Part shown: positions 24,561-36,680 of the stretch, piece by piece
Layout: the number at the start of each line of letters is the position of its first letter
How positions within the stretch are numbered: position 1 is the first letter of the stretch
Assembly (NCBI RefSeq): GCF_006345805.1
Contig: NC_042999.1
Location: 23,498,001-23,562,000 of the forward strand
Origin: Octopus sinensis
Taxonomy: Eukaryota
Length of the DNA stretch: 64,000 nucleotides
Reading direction: 5' to 3'
Translations under genes and position numbers: made by a program
Notes under the pieces: generated by a model
Told to the model about the DNA's origin: nothing
Seen by the model: the letters and a program-made list of their open reading frames with translations, nothing else
The model's database searches: none

Positions 24561-25125
24561 TTGGGTTATCCGGAAAGTTCGTGCCGATTTTTAAAGGAAA
24601 GAAAAAGGCCAATAAATACTTGCCATTACATTTTTAATCAACCAAATATGAACCATTTTGTAGCACAATGTGTCTCCATCTTTCCTTTAACTTGAAAATA
24701 CCCTATTCTCAGAATTGAGGTGGTTTCATGGCAAAGAATTAATCAAGGTATCTTTTTACGTCATCCAAGGAATTGAAATTTTTACCATTAAGACTATTCT
24801 GCAGAGACCTGAATAAGTGGAAATCCGAAGGAGCAATATCTGGTGAATATGGAGGGTGGGGTAACATATCCCAGCCGAGCTGCAGCAATTTTTTTCTGGT
24901 TCCCAAAGCATCAAGTGTCGAAAATGAACTTTCTTATCTTCCATTTTAAAGAGTTTCAGAATTAACACAGGTTATAGGAACATAAACCTTCTTCCACGAA
25001 AAGATAACTTAAACTGCGCTCTAAATGGAGGTGTAGTCAAATCCTATTTTATGGACTCAACCATGTTCTAAAATAAGTCGAAAGGTAAGCTACTATGAAT
25101 CGGCAGAACTTTCCGGACAACCCAA
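24561..25125 (-). mobile_element. Internally deleted mariner transposon
   Basis: TIRs TTGGGTT(A/G)TCCGGAAAGTTC..TGCCGATT, TA at both ends; MEDKKVHFRHLMLWE N-terminus fused to LLQLGW..PHPPYSPDIAPSDFHLFRSLQNSL C-terminus. Confidence 0.9.
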
Positions 25126-25160
25126 TATTTTACTCTACTAGACAATGTAATGTGCGTTAA

Positions 25161-25554
25161 TCTCTCTCTATATAAAGCTGCAGTTGGCTGTGTATGGCAG
25201 GTTTGGTAGCCTTAAACTAACACTATCTCCTCCGAGACCCTGCGGCGCAAGTTGACCAAAAATAAGAGTATGATAGAAGAAGGCTTGCTCTGCCTTCCGT
25301 AGAAGAAAAAATTCAAATCGGACCATGTTAAGACCAAAAATTATTTACATCAAAAAGGTGATTTTTTTCTATGAAAATCCATATTTTTTACGATTTTTTT
25401 TACTGTTGTGTCGCCATTTTTCGGTGTATTTCAACCAGAAAAATGTTCGCTTAAAGAGAATAACAATCTACATAATGCAAAAATTTTACTTTTCCAAAAT
25501 TCCAATTCTGAAGGGTCGAAACAAGACCAGAACAACGCCGGGCGATACTGCTAG
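25161..25554 (+). mobile_element. Helitron family D
   Basis: A|TCTCTCTCTATATAAAG ... CCAGAACAACGCCGGGCGATACTGCTAG|T; 3' end shared with family C. Confidence 0.85.
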
Positions 25555-25861
25555 TATTTTAAAAAAAAACGATTGCTAGATGAAGTACAAGATTACAAGA
25601 ATTATAAGAAAATAAAATGCATGATAAACTTGTAGTCTGTGAATCTTTTATTATCTTGAGTTGTCTTCCACTTTCGTAGTGTTAAGCTTTTTATGTGGGT
25701 CTTGGTTTATAGTGGTTTTGCAGTTTATATCATCCCATACATTGATAGGGCACGATTGTCCTTTATAGGGATTCTAATTTCGGCTAGGGCAATACTTATA
25801 TAAGGGTTTCTAGTTTATGAAATTTTTTTGGCGTATATAGTTTATTCTTAAGTATTTCTTG

Positions 25862-26225
25862 GTCTGCCGTTACGTTCTGAGTTCAAATTCCGCCGAGGTC
25901 GACTTTGCCTTTCATCCTTTCGGGATCGATAAATTAAGTACCAGTTACGCACTGGGGTCGATATAATCGACTTAATCCCTTTGTCTGTCTTTGTTTATCC
26001 CCTCTGTGTTTAGCCCCTTGTGGGTAGTAAAGGAATAGGTATTTCGTCTGTCGTTACGTTCTGAGTTCAAATTCCGCGGAGGTCGACTTTGCCTTTCATC
26101 CTTTCGGGGTCGATTAAATAAGTACCAGTTACGCACTGGGGTCGATGTAATCGACTTGACTCGCTTGTCTGTCCTTATTTGCCCTCTCTGTGTTTAGCCC
26201 CTTGTGGGTAGTAAAGAAATAGGTA
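25862..26225 (+). mobile_element. SINE B tandem dimer, 5'-truncated
   Basis: Two ~180-bp units joined at AATAGGTATTTCGTC; ends AAAGAAATAGGTA. Confidence 0.85.
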
Positions 26226-26576
26226 CCATGTAGAGAGTTGCCAATAATCGTATTCTGCTACAGGCGCAAAGCCTGAAATTTTCAAGGAGTCGATTGCATC
26301 GATTCCATTGCTCAACAGGTACATATCTTATCGAACCCCGAAGGGATAAAATTCAAAGTCGACCTTGACTGAATTTGAACTCAGGACAAAAAAAAAAAAA
26401 AAAAAAAAACTCCACTAAATACTGTTAAGCGGTTTTATCCGGATTGCTAATGACTCCACCAGACTGGCAATCATGCAAAGTTGGAGATAACGTTAAATTG
26501 TTATCTATTCAGCGATTAATTAATGCATATTATTGGTCCTTAACATATATAATCTTTTGTCGGTGTTGTTTTACAT

Positions 26577-26619
<43 letters not shown>

Positions 26620-26663
26620 TATATATATAATATATATTATATATATATATATATATATGTATG

Positions 26664-26697
<34 letters not shown>

Positions 26698-26865
26698 TGA
26701 TATTATATATCTATATATATATAGTATATATATATAGATATAGTATGTATGTATGTATGTATGTATGTATGTACATGTATGTATGTAATATATATAGATA
26801 TATATATATTATATAATATATATATATACATATATATACATATATACATATATATACATATATAT

Positions 26866-27280
26866 GCGTAGGAGTGGCTGTGTGGTAAGTAGCTTGCTTA
26901 CGAACCACATGGTTCCGGGTTCAGTCCCACTGCGTGGCACCTTGGGCAAATGTCTTTTACTATAGCCTCGGGCCGACCAAAGCCTTGTGAGTAAATTTGG
27001 TAGACGGAAACTGAAAAAAGCCTGTCCTATATATGTATATATATATATGTGTATATGTTTGTGTGTCTGTGTTTGTCCCCCCATTCAACATCGCTTGACA
27101 ACCGATGCTGGTGTGCTTACGTCCCCGTAACTTAGCGGTTCGGCAAAAGAGACCGATAGAATAAGTACTAGGCTTACAAAGAATAAGTCCTGGGGTCGAT
27201 TTGCTCGACTAAAAGGTGGTGCTCCAGCATGGCCACAGTCAAATGACTGAAACAAGTAAAAGAGTAAAAGAAAAGAGAGT
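26866..27280 (+). mobile_element. SINE family A within long TA/TATG arrays
   Basis: Head, body, tail. Confidence 0.9.
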
Positions 27281-27337
27281 ATATATGTATATATGTATAT
27301 ATGTATATATATATATATATCTATATATATATATATG

Positions 27338-27388
<51 letters not shown>

Positions 27389-27391
27389 CAT

Positions 27392-27425
<34 letters not shown>

Positions 27426-27453
27426 GTATATATCTATCTATCTATCTATCTAT

Positions 27454-27489
<36 letters not shown>

Positions 27490-27521
27490 TATATGTACAT
27501 ATATGTATATATATATATGTA

Positions 27522-27561
<40 letters not shown>

Positions 27562-28146
27562 TTATATATATATATATATATAGATATATGTGTGGTTGTG
27601 TATATATATAAGTATATATATATATATATATATATGGGTATATATATATATATGAAAAAATATACATATGTGTGTGTGCGCGTGTATATGTGTATGTGTG
27701 CGAGTGTGTGTGTGTGTGTGTGTGTGTATGCGCGCGTGTGCGTATGTATTGTTCTCTCCGCAATGACTCATTATAAGTGTCAAACCTAAATCACCCACAA
27801 AAAAAAGTTCCTCCGTACGGAAAGCGTCTACGTTTTGTAATCAACTGACTCAGGTCATCATACATAATATCTATTTCATAAAACAATAGGGATTCACAAA
27901 TATAGAATCTCTTGTTGCTCTCTACTCGGATGCCTTTTTTTAATATTTTTTTTTTCATGTTATTAATTTTTAGGTTACTTTCATTTTTTTTGGGGGGGGG
28001 ATAGTTGCTGTTCCTTCTTTTATCTTATTATACAACTGCTGCTGCCGTTGCTGTTGTTGCTGCTGTTGCTGCTGCTGCTGCTCTAATTATTATTATAGTC
28101 CTGTTAGCATTAGGCGCAAACATTTATACACTCAATATAAACATAT

Positions 28147-28566
28147 AGGCGCAGGAGTGGCTGTGTGGTAAGTAGCTTGCTAACCAACCACATGGTTCCG
28201 GGTTCAGTCCCACTGCGTGACATCTTGGGCAAGTGTCTTCTGCTATAGCCCCGGGCCAACCAATGCCTTGTGAGTGGATTTGGTAGACGGAAACTGAAAG
28301 AAGCCTGTCGTATATATGTATATATATATATAAGTGTTTGTGTATATGTTTGTGTGTCTGTGTTTGTCCCCCTAGCATTGCTTGACAACCGATGCTGGTG
28401 TGTTTACGTCCCCGTAACTTAGCGGTTCGGCAAAAGAGACCGATAGAATAAGTACTTGGCTTACAAAGAATAAGTCCCGCGGTCGATTTGCTCGATTAAA
28501 GGCGGTGCTCCAGCATGGCCGCAGTCAAATGACTGAAACAAGTAAAAGAGTAAAAGAGTAAGAGTA
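28147..28566 (+). mobile_element. SINE family A
   Basis: Head, body, tail. Confidence 0.9.
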
Positions 28567-28580
28567 TACATACATACATA

Positions 28581-28977
28581 TCTTTATATATAAAAGTGAG
28601 GCTGTGTGCTGTCTGTCTCCTACGATTTAGATTCCTAACTACTCCCACATTTTGCGGTGCAGTTTAACCAAAACCGGGTATCTTATAGTCGTGATTCATA
28701 TCGACCCCTTCTGGGTATTAGCGCGCGTCTACGATGAGTCTACGATTAAAAAAAAAATTTACCATCAATTGTTCCCATTTTTAATGCTTTTTTGGCATAT
28801 ATAAGGAAGTAACTCTCTAAAAATTTATTATTAAATCTCAGAACGTAAAAAGCTGCAGCAACTCCCCCCCCCTTTGTGGTTAGCCATATTGAGATGGCTA
28901 TTATACTTTACATCTCTAAAAATGCTTATATAGTTATTTCCTTTACAAACCCGAGCAACGCCGGGCGATACTGCTAG
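28581..28977 (+). mobile_element. Helitron family C with the same extra internal segment as 17706
   Basis: TC...CTAG termini; internal GTGGTTAGCCATATTGAGATGGCTATTATACTTTAC. Confidence 0.9.
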
Positions 28978-29006
<29 letters not shown>

Positions 29007-29011
<5 letters not shown>

Positions 29012-29222
29012 AAGTAGATATAGCGGTTTTTAAATCAAAGCTGGACATCTTCCTGTCGAGAGTCTCAGATGAACCTACCTCACGGCAAGAGGTGCAAATG
29101 AGAGTAGCTATATCAAACTCCATTCTTCACCAAGTGCCACATATTAGACGAGGTTCTTCGCAATAACAGTGTAGCACAAAACGGCGGTGCATCAGCATGG
29201 CCGCAGCTCTGAGTTGAAACTA
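29007..29222 (+). mobile_element. 3' end of a CR1/L2-group LINE
   Basis: VDIAVFKSKLDIFLSRVSDEPTSRQEVQMRVAISNSI; tail GGCGGTGCATCAGCATGGCCGCAGCTCTGAGTTGAAAC. Confidence 0.7.
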
Positions 29223-29408
29223 GAGAAAAAAAATATATATATTTGCACGCACGAGAGTGTGTGTAAGTATATATGTATATATGTAGCTTGTTCATACATT
29301 TGTCTTCGTCTTGTGTTTTTCAATAAATTCCATCTACATATATATTATATATATAAACTTAGATATGTTTCGACCAAAGATTGGTCCAGGCCATGTCTAT
29401 ATTACATA

Positions 29409-29526
29409 AGGAGTGGCTGTGTGGTAATTAGCTTGCTTACAAAGAATAAGTCCTGAGGTCAATTTGCTCGACTAAAGGCGGTGCTTCAGCATGGCCACAG
29501 TCACATAACTGAAACAAGTAAAAGAG

Positions 29527-29528
<2 letters not shown>
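29409..29528 (+). mobile_element. SINE A with large internal deletion
   Basis: Head joined to tail at GCTTAC. Confidence 0.8.
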
Positions 29529-29576
<48 letters not shown>

Positions 29577-29956
29577 GCACATACGCACACACACACGCCA
29601 CACACCACCACACCACAACACACCACACACACATATATATATATAATATTAAATTAGAGATAAAACCACTATTAGGCAAATCAAACTGAAAATCATTAGC
29701 CAATAATACATAGAAAAAAATTAATTAAAAAAATATAAAATATAAATATAAAAAATATAAAATATAAAATTCCAAATTAAAATATTTAAATTAAAGTTAA
29801 AATTTTTAAAATTATTTAAATAATTTAAACTTATAAATTTTAAATATATATATATATATAGGGAGAATTTACAAAAAAGCAAAACACGAAGACAGCACGT
29901 AGACAACAAACAGATGTATTATAACGCTCGGGAAGTGAAAAAGTCTTTATAATATA

Positions 29957-30458
29957 CTAGCAGTATCGCCCGGCGTTGCTCGGGTTTGTAAGGGAATAAC
30001 TATATAAGCATTTTTAGAGAGTTACTTCCCTTATAAATTCGGGCTTTCTTAGCCATTTTTGTTTTGGTGTCTTCAAGCCATGAAGTCGTTGTTCTAAAAG
30101 AACGCTGGTTTCCTTCACAACGCATTACGACGTTGATTTCTTTACACTCCCTTCCCCACAGCTTCACGAGGGAGGGAAGGGGGAGAAGCAAACAGGTGCA
30201 GCTGTGAGCGTGGACGCCAACTCCGCCGCCATCGCCACACGATGCATTTTATGCATTAAAATGGAATAAAAAATGATGTTAAATTATTTTTAAAATCGTA
30301 GACTCATCGTTGACGCGCGATAATAGTCAGACGGGCTCGATATGAATCACGACTATAAGATACCCGAATTTGGTTAAACTGCACGCAAATGTGGGAGAGT
30401 TAGGAATCTAAATCGAAGGGAACAGACACTCACACAACTAGAGTTTTATATATATAGA
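29957..30458 (-). mobile_element. Helitron family C with a distinct ~165-bp interior
   Basis: C-type termini; interior ~30035-30245 absent from other copies. Confidence 0.85.
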
Positions 30459-30472
30459 TATATATATATATA

Positions 30473-30897
30473 TGGCGGATCGTTTCGTCTCTAGTAACCT
30501 TTCCGTCGATTTCCGTAAATTTTTTTTTTTTTTTTTACATATGGGCTTGCGGGACTTTTGAAGTAATATCATACATATACACATACACCGAGTAAAAATT
30601 TCAGTTCTCTCTTTCTTTCACACATTACTCTGTCTCTTCACACACACCTAACAGAAGCACTTCACTTACACACATACTGTCTGTCTCCCACACCCATCAA
30701 ACACACACACACACCTGTACATCAATGCACTTCCCCTGGACGGTAACTTCAAAAGAACTTCCCTCGTCATACAATCGCTTTCTCTTAGTCTCTTTCGCTC
30801 TCATTACTTCAAAAGTTCCCGCAAGCCCATATGTAAAAAAAAAAAATTTTTTTTACGGAAATCGACGGAAAGGTCTACTAGAGACGAAAGATTGCCA
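30473..30897. mobile_element. MITE with ~95-bp TIRs in (TA)n
   Basis: TGGCGGATCGTTTCGTCTCTAGT...GAAGTAAT pairs with ATTACTTC...ACTAGAGACGAAAGATTGCCA; TA on both sides. Confidence 0.75.
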
Positions 30898-31496
30898 TAT
30901 AGGCGATATATATATAATGTGTGTGTGTATATGTAGATGTCCAAGCAGGATTGCATACATCTTCCCACAGCATATCTATTATGTACCCTACCTACTTCCA
31001 TTGTGCCCGGAAGTGGTGTTAAATGGCTAGTGGTGACGTGATTATTTGATGATAGATTTTTTATTTTCTTCACCCATACAGAAATAACACAAATATGACC
31101 CCTTTTCCGTACCTTACGTGTACTTGTTGTTGAGGTTACGGATACTTGTGGCATGAACGGATTTATCAACATTAAATAAATAATTTTAGATAGTTGATTA
31201 CTCTGTACATCCGTATAACCAAGCGAGGTGGGTATTCTCGCATGATCTATACGACAATGAGAAACACAAATTCAGAAATATCTAAGCTTTAAATTTACAA
31301 GAATTGTATTCATTCATTGGCTATCCTTTGGAGATGGTATCACGGAACTGATGCTAAAGATCGTTCTGTTTCATCTATTTCTTCGGTATGCTTACGTGGT
31401 AGTGGTGGTGGTGGTGGTGGTGGCGGCGGTGGCGGCAGTGGCGTTGTATGATGGCTAGAATGTTCTTTTGTAGCTCTTTTACCAGATTCATTATAG

Positions 31497-32281
31497 CTAA
31501 ACAAAAAAATGGGGCTAAACATAGAAGGGGACAAACAAGGACAGAGAAAGGGATTAAGTCGATTACATCGACCCCAGTGCGTAACTGGTACTTAATTTAT
31601 CGACCCCGAAAGGATGAAAGGCAAAGTCGACCTCGGCGGAATTTGAACTCAGAACTAACGCAGACGAAATACCTGTTTCTTTATTACCCACAAGGGGCTA
31701 AACATAGAGGGGACAAACAAGGACAGACAAACGGATTAAGTCGATTACATCGACCCCAGTGCGTTACTGGTACTTAATTTATCGACCCCGAAAGGATGAA
31801 AGGCAAAGTCGACCTCGGCGGAATTTGAACTCAGAACGTAAAGACAGACGAAATACCGCTAAGCATTTTGCCCGGCGTGCTAACGTTTCTTATTTCTTTA
31901 TTGCCCACAAGGGGCTAAACATAGAAGGGACAAACAAGGACAGACAAACGGATTAAGTCGATTACATCGACCCCAGTGCGTAACTGGTACTTAATTTATC
32001 GACCCTGAAAGGATGAAAGGCAAAGTCGACCTCGGCAGAATTTGAACTCAGAACTAACGCAGACGAAATACCTGTTTCTTTACTACCCACAAGGGGCTAA
32101 ACATAGAGTGGAAAAACAAGGACAGACAAACAGATTAAGTCATTACATCGACCCCAGTGCGTTACTGGTACTTAATTTATCGACCCCGAAAGGATGAAAG
32201 GCAAAGTCGACCTCGGTGGAATTTGAACTCAGAACGTAACGGCAGACGAAATACCGCAAAGCATTTCGTCAGGCGTGCTAA
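31497..32281 (-). mobile_element. SINE B tandem tetramer
   Basis: Four units starting ~31497, 31672, 31891 and 32073. Confidence 0.9.
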
Positions 32282-32634
32282 AAAATCATTAAATCCTTTA
32301 AAATGTTCCAGCCCGAAAGCTGCGGCCATGCTGGGGCACCACCGTTGAATGTGCTACACTTGTATGTGAAACCACCTCTGATACGTGGCACTTGTACAAC
32401 AAGGGAGTTCGACGCCGCTGTCCGCATCTGTGTTTCCTGCAGAGAGGTAGGTTCATCTGGAACCCCTGACAAGAAGAGATCGAGTTTAGTTTTAAAGAAA
32501 CCCACATCCACATCATGCAGGTCTCTCAGGCATTTAGGATGAATATTGAAGAGCTGTGGTGCCCTGAAGCCCAAGCTGTTGCTGTATCTGGTCCTATATT
32601 TTGATGGTGATGTTGGGGTCTTTGGCACCATGTA
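32282..32634 (-). mobile_element. 3' end of a CR1/L2-group LINE
   Basis: NSLGFRAPQLFNIHPKCLRDLHDVDVGFFKTKLDLFLSGVPDEPTS..SNSL; tail GGTGGTGCCCCAGCATGGCCGCAGCTTTCGGGCTGGAAC. Confidence 0.8.
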
Positions 32635-32817
32635 GTGGGGCCCCGTTCTGCTGTTGGGGTGACTTTCAATGCCAAAATTCGGGACAAGGCCCTTCAGGAT
32701 TTTCTGGATGCATATTCACTGCATATCTCTCCCGCCTTCGCTCCAGGGAGAAGAATGTTTAATCTCTTTAATTTTCTCATCAACGCACGCACGCACGCAC
32801 GCACGCACACACACACA

Positions 32818-32864
<47 letters not shown>

Positions 32865-33416
32865 ACATAGTACATTCGTTGCCTTTCATGTGCGCGAGTG
32901 AGCTCAACAGAGAAACACACACACTCACAGACATACGTCTTTTTATATGTTTTCACGAATCGCTTATGTTTATGTAATTTTTGAGTACGTAAGTGTGTGT
33001 GTGTGTGTGTGTGTGTATGTATATTTGCCAATGTATGCACATGCGTGTATGTGTTCATGTGTATGTAGGTATATTTGTGTATATATATACAGGTCTATGT
33101 GTGAGCTGAAAAATATTTACAAATAAAAGATTTTTGAAAACCTATTTTGGTTTAAGTTTCATGAGAAAGGCCCATGGGATGACAAATCAGTTTGGCTTTA
33201 TTGGGCCGGAGTGAAGTATAAACAAAATCTCGCGGGTCGGGTAGGGATAGTTATTCAGAAAGGAAAAAAAAACATTCTGTCCAGGACGTAGAGCAAAGTA
33301 AATGGATAAAGAAGGTCAATATACGCTATATTTCGTGACCCCCACCCCAAACCTTGCTTCGCTTTGCAACATTTATGTTGGTGGTTAAAAACTTGAATTA
33401 TAGTCAAGCCCTTTCT

Positions 33417-33649
33417 TATTTCTTTACTGCCCACAAGAGGCTACACACAGAGGGGACAAACAAGGACAGGCAAAGGGATGAAGTCGATCATATCGACACC
33501 AGTGCGTAACTGGTACTTAATTTATCGACCCCGAAAGGATGAAAGGCAAAGTCGACCTCGGCGGAATTTGAACTCAGAACGTAACGGCAGACGAAATACC
33601 GCTAAGCATTTTGCCCGGCGTGCTAATGATTCTGCCAGCTCGCCGCCTT
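33417..33649 (-). mobile_element. Full-length SINE B with 16-bp TSD
   Basis: TSD TAGTCAAGCCCTTTCT at 33401-33416 and 33650-33665. Confidence 0.9.
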
Positions 33650-34580
33650 TAGTCAAGCCCTTTCTATGGTTCTATCTCTCCTCTCTTTCTCTACTTACTT
33701 CTATCTCTCCTTCTCTCTACTTACTTCTATCTCTCCTTCTCTCTACTTACTTCTATCTCTCCTTCTCTCTCTACTTCCATCTTCTTATACTTGTTTCAGC
33801 CAATGGATTTTGCCCATGATAGCACACTGTGTTGAAGTGTTTAGTCGAACAAGTGACACCAGCAAATATTTCTTAAGTCAATCGGACTCCTTTGCTGAAC
33901 CGTTAAGTTACAGGTGCGTAGACCAATCAACACCAGTTGTCAAGCCGTGAGTGGGGGAGGGGGAAGGCAAATAGAGATACAAAGTCATGCACACATACTT
34001 ATATTCATGCATGCATTCAAGTATGTATGTGTGTATGCAATCCACACAGTTTCGGTATACAAAATTCACTTACAAACAATGGTCGGTTATGGACTGGGGG
34101 CGCGTACTGGGACCGAACCCGAAACTACACGAGTGCAAAACGCTCTTCTTCACCACACCACCATATGTGCGCCTATTTATAGAACTACATTATTTAATGC
34201 GTTATTCCTTCCTATACTGTCATGTGTAATTTGAGGGAAACTTTTGTTGCTATTTCTAGCAGATTGAACAATGCAGTAGCAAGACACCATTTTGAGCGGG
34301 ACGCGAAATTTTTTCCCACGAGAGTTCCGGACCCCAGTAATGAACTCATTTGCATACAGCCAATCAGAGCTCACCTTGACCTTGTCAAGTTAACAAACAC
34401 ACTCTACCAAGTAAACTCAAGACGAAAAGCGTAATGGGGTTGATCTAATCGATTGGCACACTCCCCCAAAATTTCGGACCTTGTGCCCTAGAGCAGAATA
34501 AAATAATAATAATAATAATTAATAATAATAATAATAATAACAATAGTAATAATAATAATAATAATAAACAATAATAATAA

Positions 34581-34993
34581 GACAGTGGCTCTCATGACTT
34601 CTGATCTTGACTGATTGGAAATGTTATTACGTACTTTGTTTTGTCTTGGTATAAAAGATGGGCTACAGCAAATATTCTCCTCGATACCACAGATTTGCTT
34701 GTCAGTTGTTTGACCTTAACCAGTTGAGCATGTCCCTTAGTGGCTGACAATATGTGCATCTCTGATCATGAGCAGAAGTAGTGGGGGAGCATTATAGCCA
34801 TGTGTTGAAAGGAATTCTTAGAGGTTTGGATAATTCACCTCTGGAATCATGGGGGGGGGGTTTCGTTCAACATCCTTGAACAATCCTTATTCAGGGATCT
34901 TTTGAGCGGGATGGGTTACTCGACCAGAAGAAAATTTTAAGTGGGCTCCACATGCAAGGTCATGCGCTGTTTATCTTGATATGAGATCACCAT
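34581..34993 (+). mobile_element. Second copy of the (TAA)n-embedded repeat
   Basis: Aligns with 15514-15920. Confidence 0.6.
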
Positions 34994-35019
34994 ATATACG
35001 TATACATATACCTTTTCAT

Positions 35020-35168
35020 ATTTTCTCTCCCTGTTTATTTCTGTGTTTCTTTCTGTCGAAGAGCATAGGCTCGAAACGTAGATGACTTTCTCACTTCCCG
35101 AGCGTTAAACTAATACATCTGTTTGTTGTTTACACACCCGTCTTCGTCTTTTTTTTTTTTTTTGTAAA
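35020..35168 (+). mobile_element. PLE-like pseudo-LTR fragment with HHR-like motif (35049-35084)
   Basis: CTGTCGA-A-GAGC-ATAG-GCTC-GAAAC-GTA; related reverse copy at ~29862-29950. Confidence 0.5.
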
Positions 35169-35171
35169 TTC

Positions 35172-35223
<52 letters not shown>

Positions 35224-35277
35224 ATATATTATATATATTATGACATATACAAAGACTACACACATACACACGCACAG

Positions 35278-35320
<43 letters not shown>

Positions 35321-36123
35321 TATATGTGCACACCCAGACACTCGCGCGCGTGCACACACATATATGTACGAAAGAAATTTTTCAGTTTCCATCTACCAAG
35401 TCCACTCACAAGGCGCTATAGCAGAAGACACTAGGCCAAGGCGCCATGTAGTGAGACTAAACCCAAAATCATATGGTTGGGAGAAAAATTGTTACCACAC
35501 ACCCTTTTTTGTTTGTTTGTTTTTACGATCGCCCTTCCTGAGTGAAATTTACCACCCAAGAACTTCCACTCGTTTTTCCATACATTTTAATCGAACCAGG
35601 TTGTGGACAAATTAACCAGATTATTAGTGACCTGAAAAACAAGTTGGATTTGGTTCTTATCAGTTAAAAACCATAGATCTTTTCTTTGTAGTGGAATCGC
35701 TTTCTTACAAGTATTGCTTCCTTCCTGCTAATTTCCTTTTACGGAACACAACAATTATGATTTCAGTGAAAAAGTCAGCCATTTCAGAGTAAATTGTGTA
35801 CATAAATCCGACTATCAGTTCTCAATGGCTTGTAACACAACATTGACATTTTATACGTGATTAAATACAAGACAGGCGGAGGTATGGGTGTGTGGTCGAG
35901 AACCTTGTTTGTAGTCCCACTGCGCGGTACCTTGGGCAAATGTATTTTTTTATAGCCCCTGGACCGATTAAACCTTTGTGAGTGGATTTAGTAGATGGAA
36001 ACTCAAAGAAGCCCGTAGTATGTATGTATGTATGTATGTATGTATGTATGTATGTATGTATGTATTATGGTGTATGATGTATTTGTATGTATGTGAGTCT
36101 CTCTCTCTCTCTCTCTCTCTCTC

Positions 36124-36159
<36 letters not shown>

Positions 36160-36165
<6 letters not shown>

Positions 36166-36680
36166 GTTAATCCAAACAAAAAAACACAAAAAAACACAGC
36201 AACGCGAGGACGTGGAACAAATAAAGTATTATTGGACGCTCAGGAAAGAATGGAAGAAGGAGGGTTTAACGTTTCGAGCGGAGCTCTTCGTCGGAAACAA
36301 AGGAGAAGGAAAGATCCCGAGAAGGGAAGACAGAGGAAAAGAAATTGCTGGCGGTGCTCACGAGGTCACATGTTATAATACAAAATGGGGCAAGAACGCA
36401 AAACATCCAAATAGACGATACAAAAAACACGGACGGGTCATTCGAAGCCTTTAACCTTCAGTCAAGAACCGGATCATCCTCGCAATTTCGGCTGATTAAT
36501 CTTGAGATTGCTCCAATCTGGCCAGCCCTAATGAAAAACTAAGCTAAGAGCATTAGATTCCTTGGAAAAAGGATCGAATGTATACGAAACAAGGACGGAA
36601 AAACGAACGATGTTACACAAATATAAATACAAAAATAATACAAAAAAGCAAAAAATAATACGAATATAAATACAAAAGAA
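36160..36680 (-). mobile_element. PLE-like pseudo-LTR fragments with HHR-like motif (36264-36298)
   Basis: Minus strand GTTT-CCGACGA-A-GAGC-TCC-GCTC-GAAAC-GTT-AAAC; homologous to 43590-43810; the second part recurs at ~51640-51752 and ~57600-57725. Confidence 0.55.

Noticed and set aside
31497-32281. CRISPR-like or tRNA gene array
   Set aside because: Units are SINE-B copies found dispersed with TSDs elsewhere; the heads have A/B boxes but no complete cloverleaf
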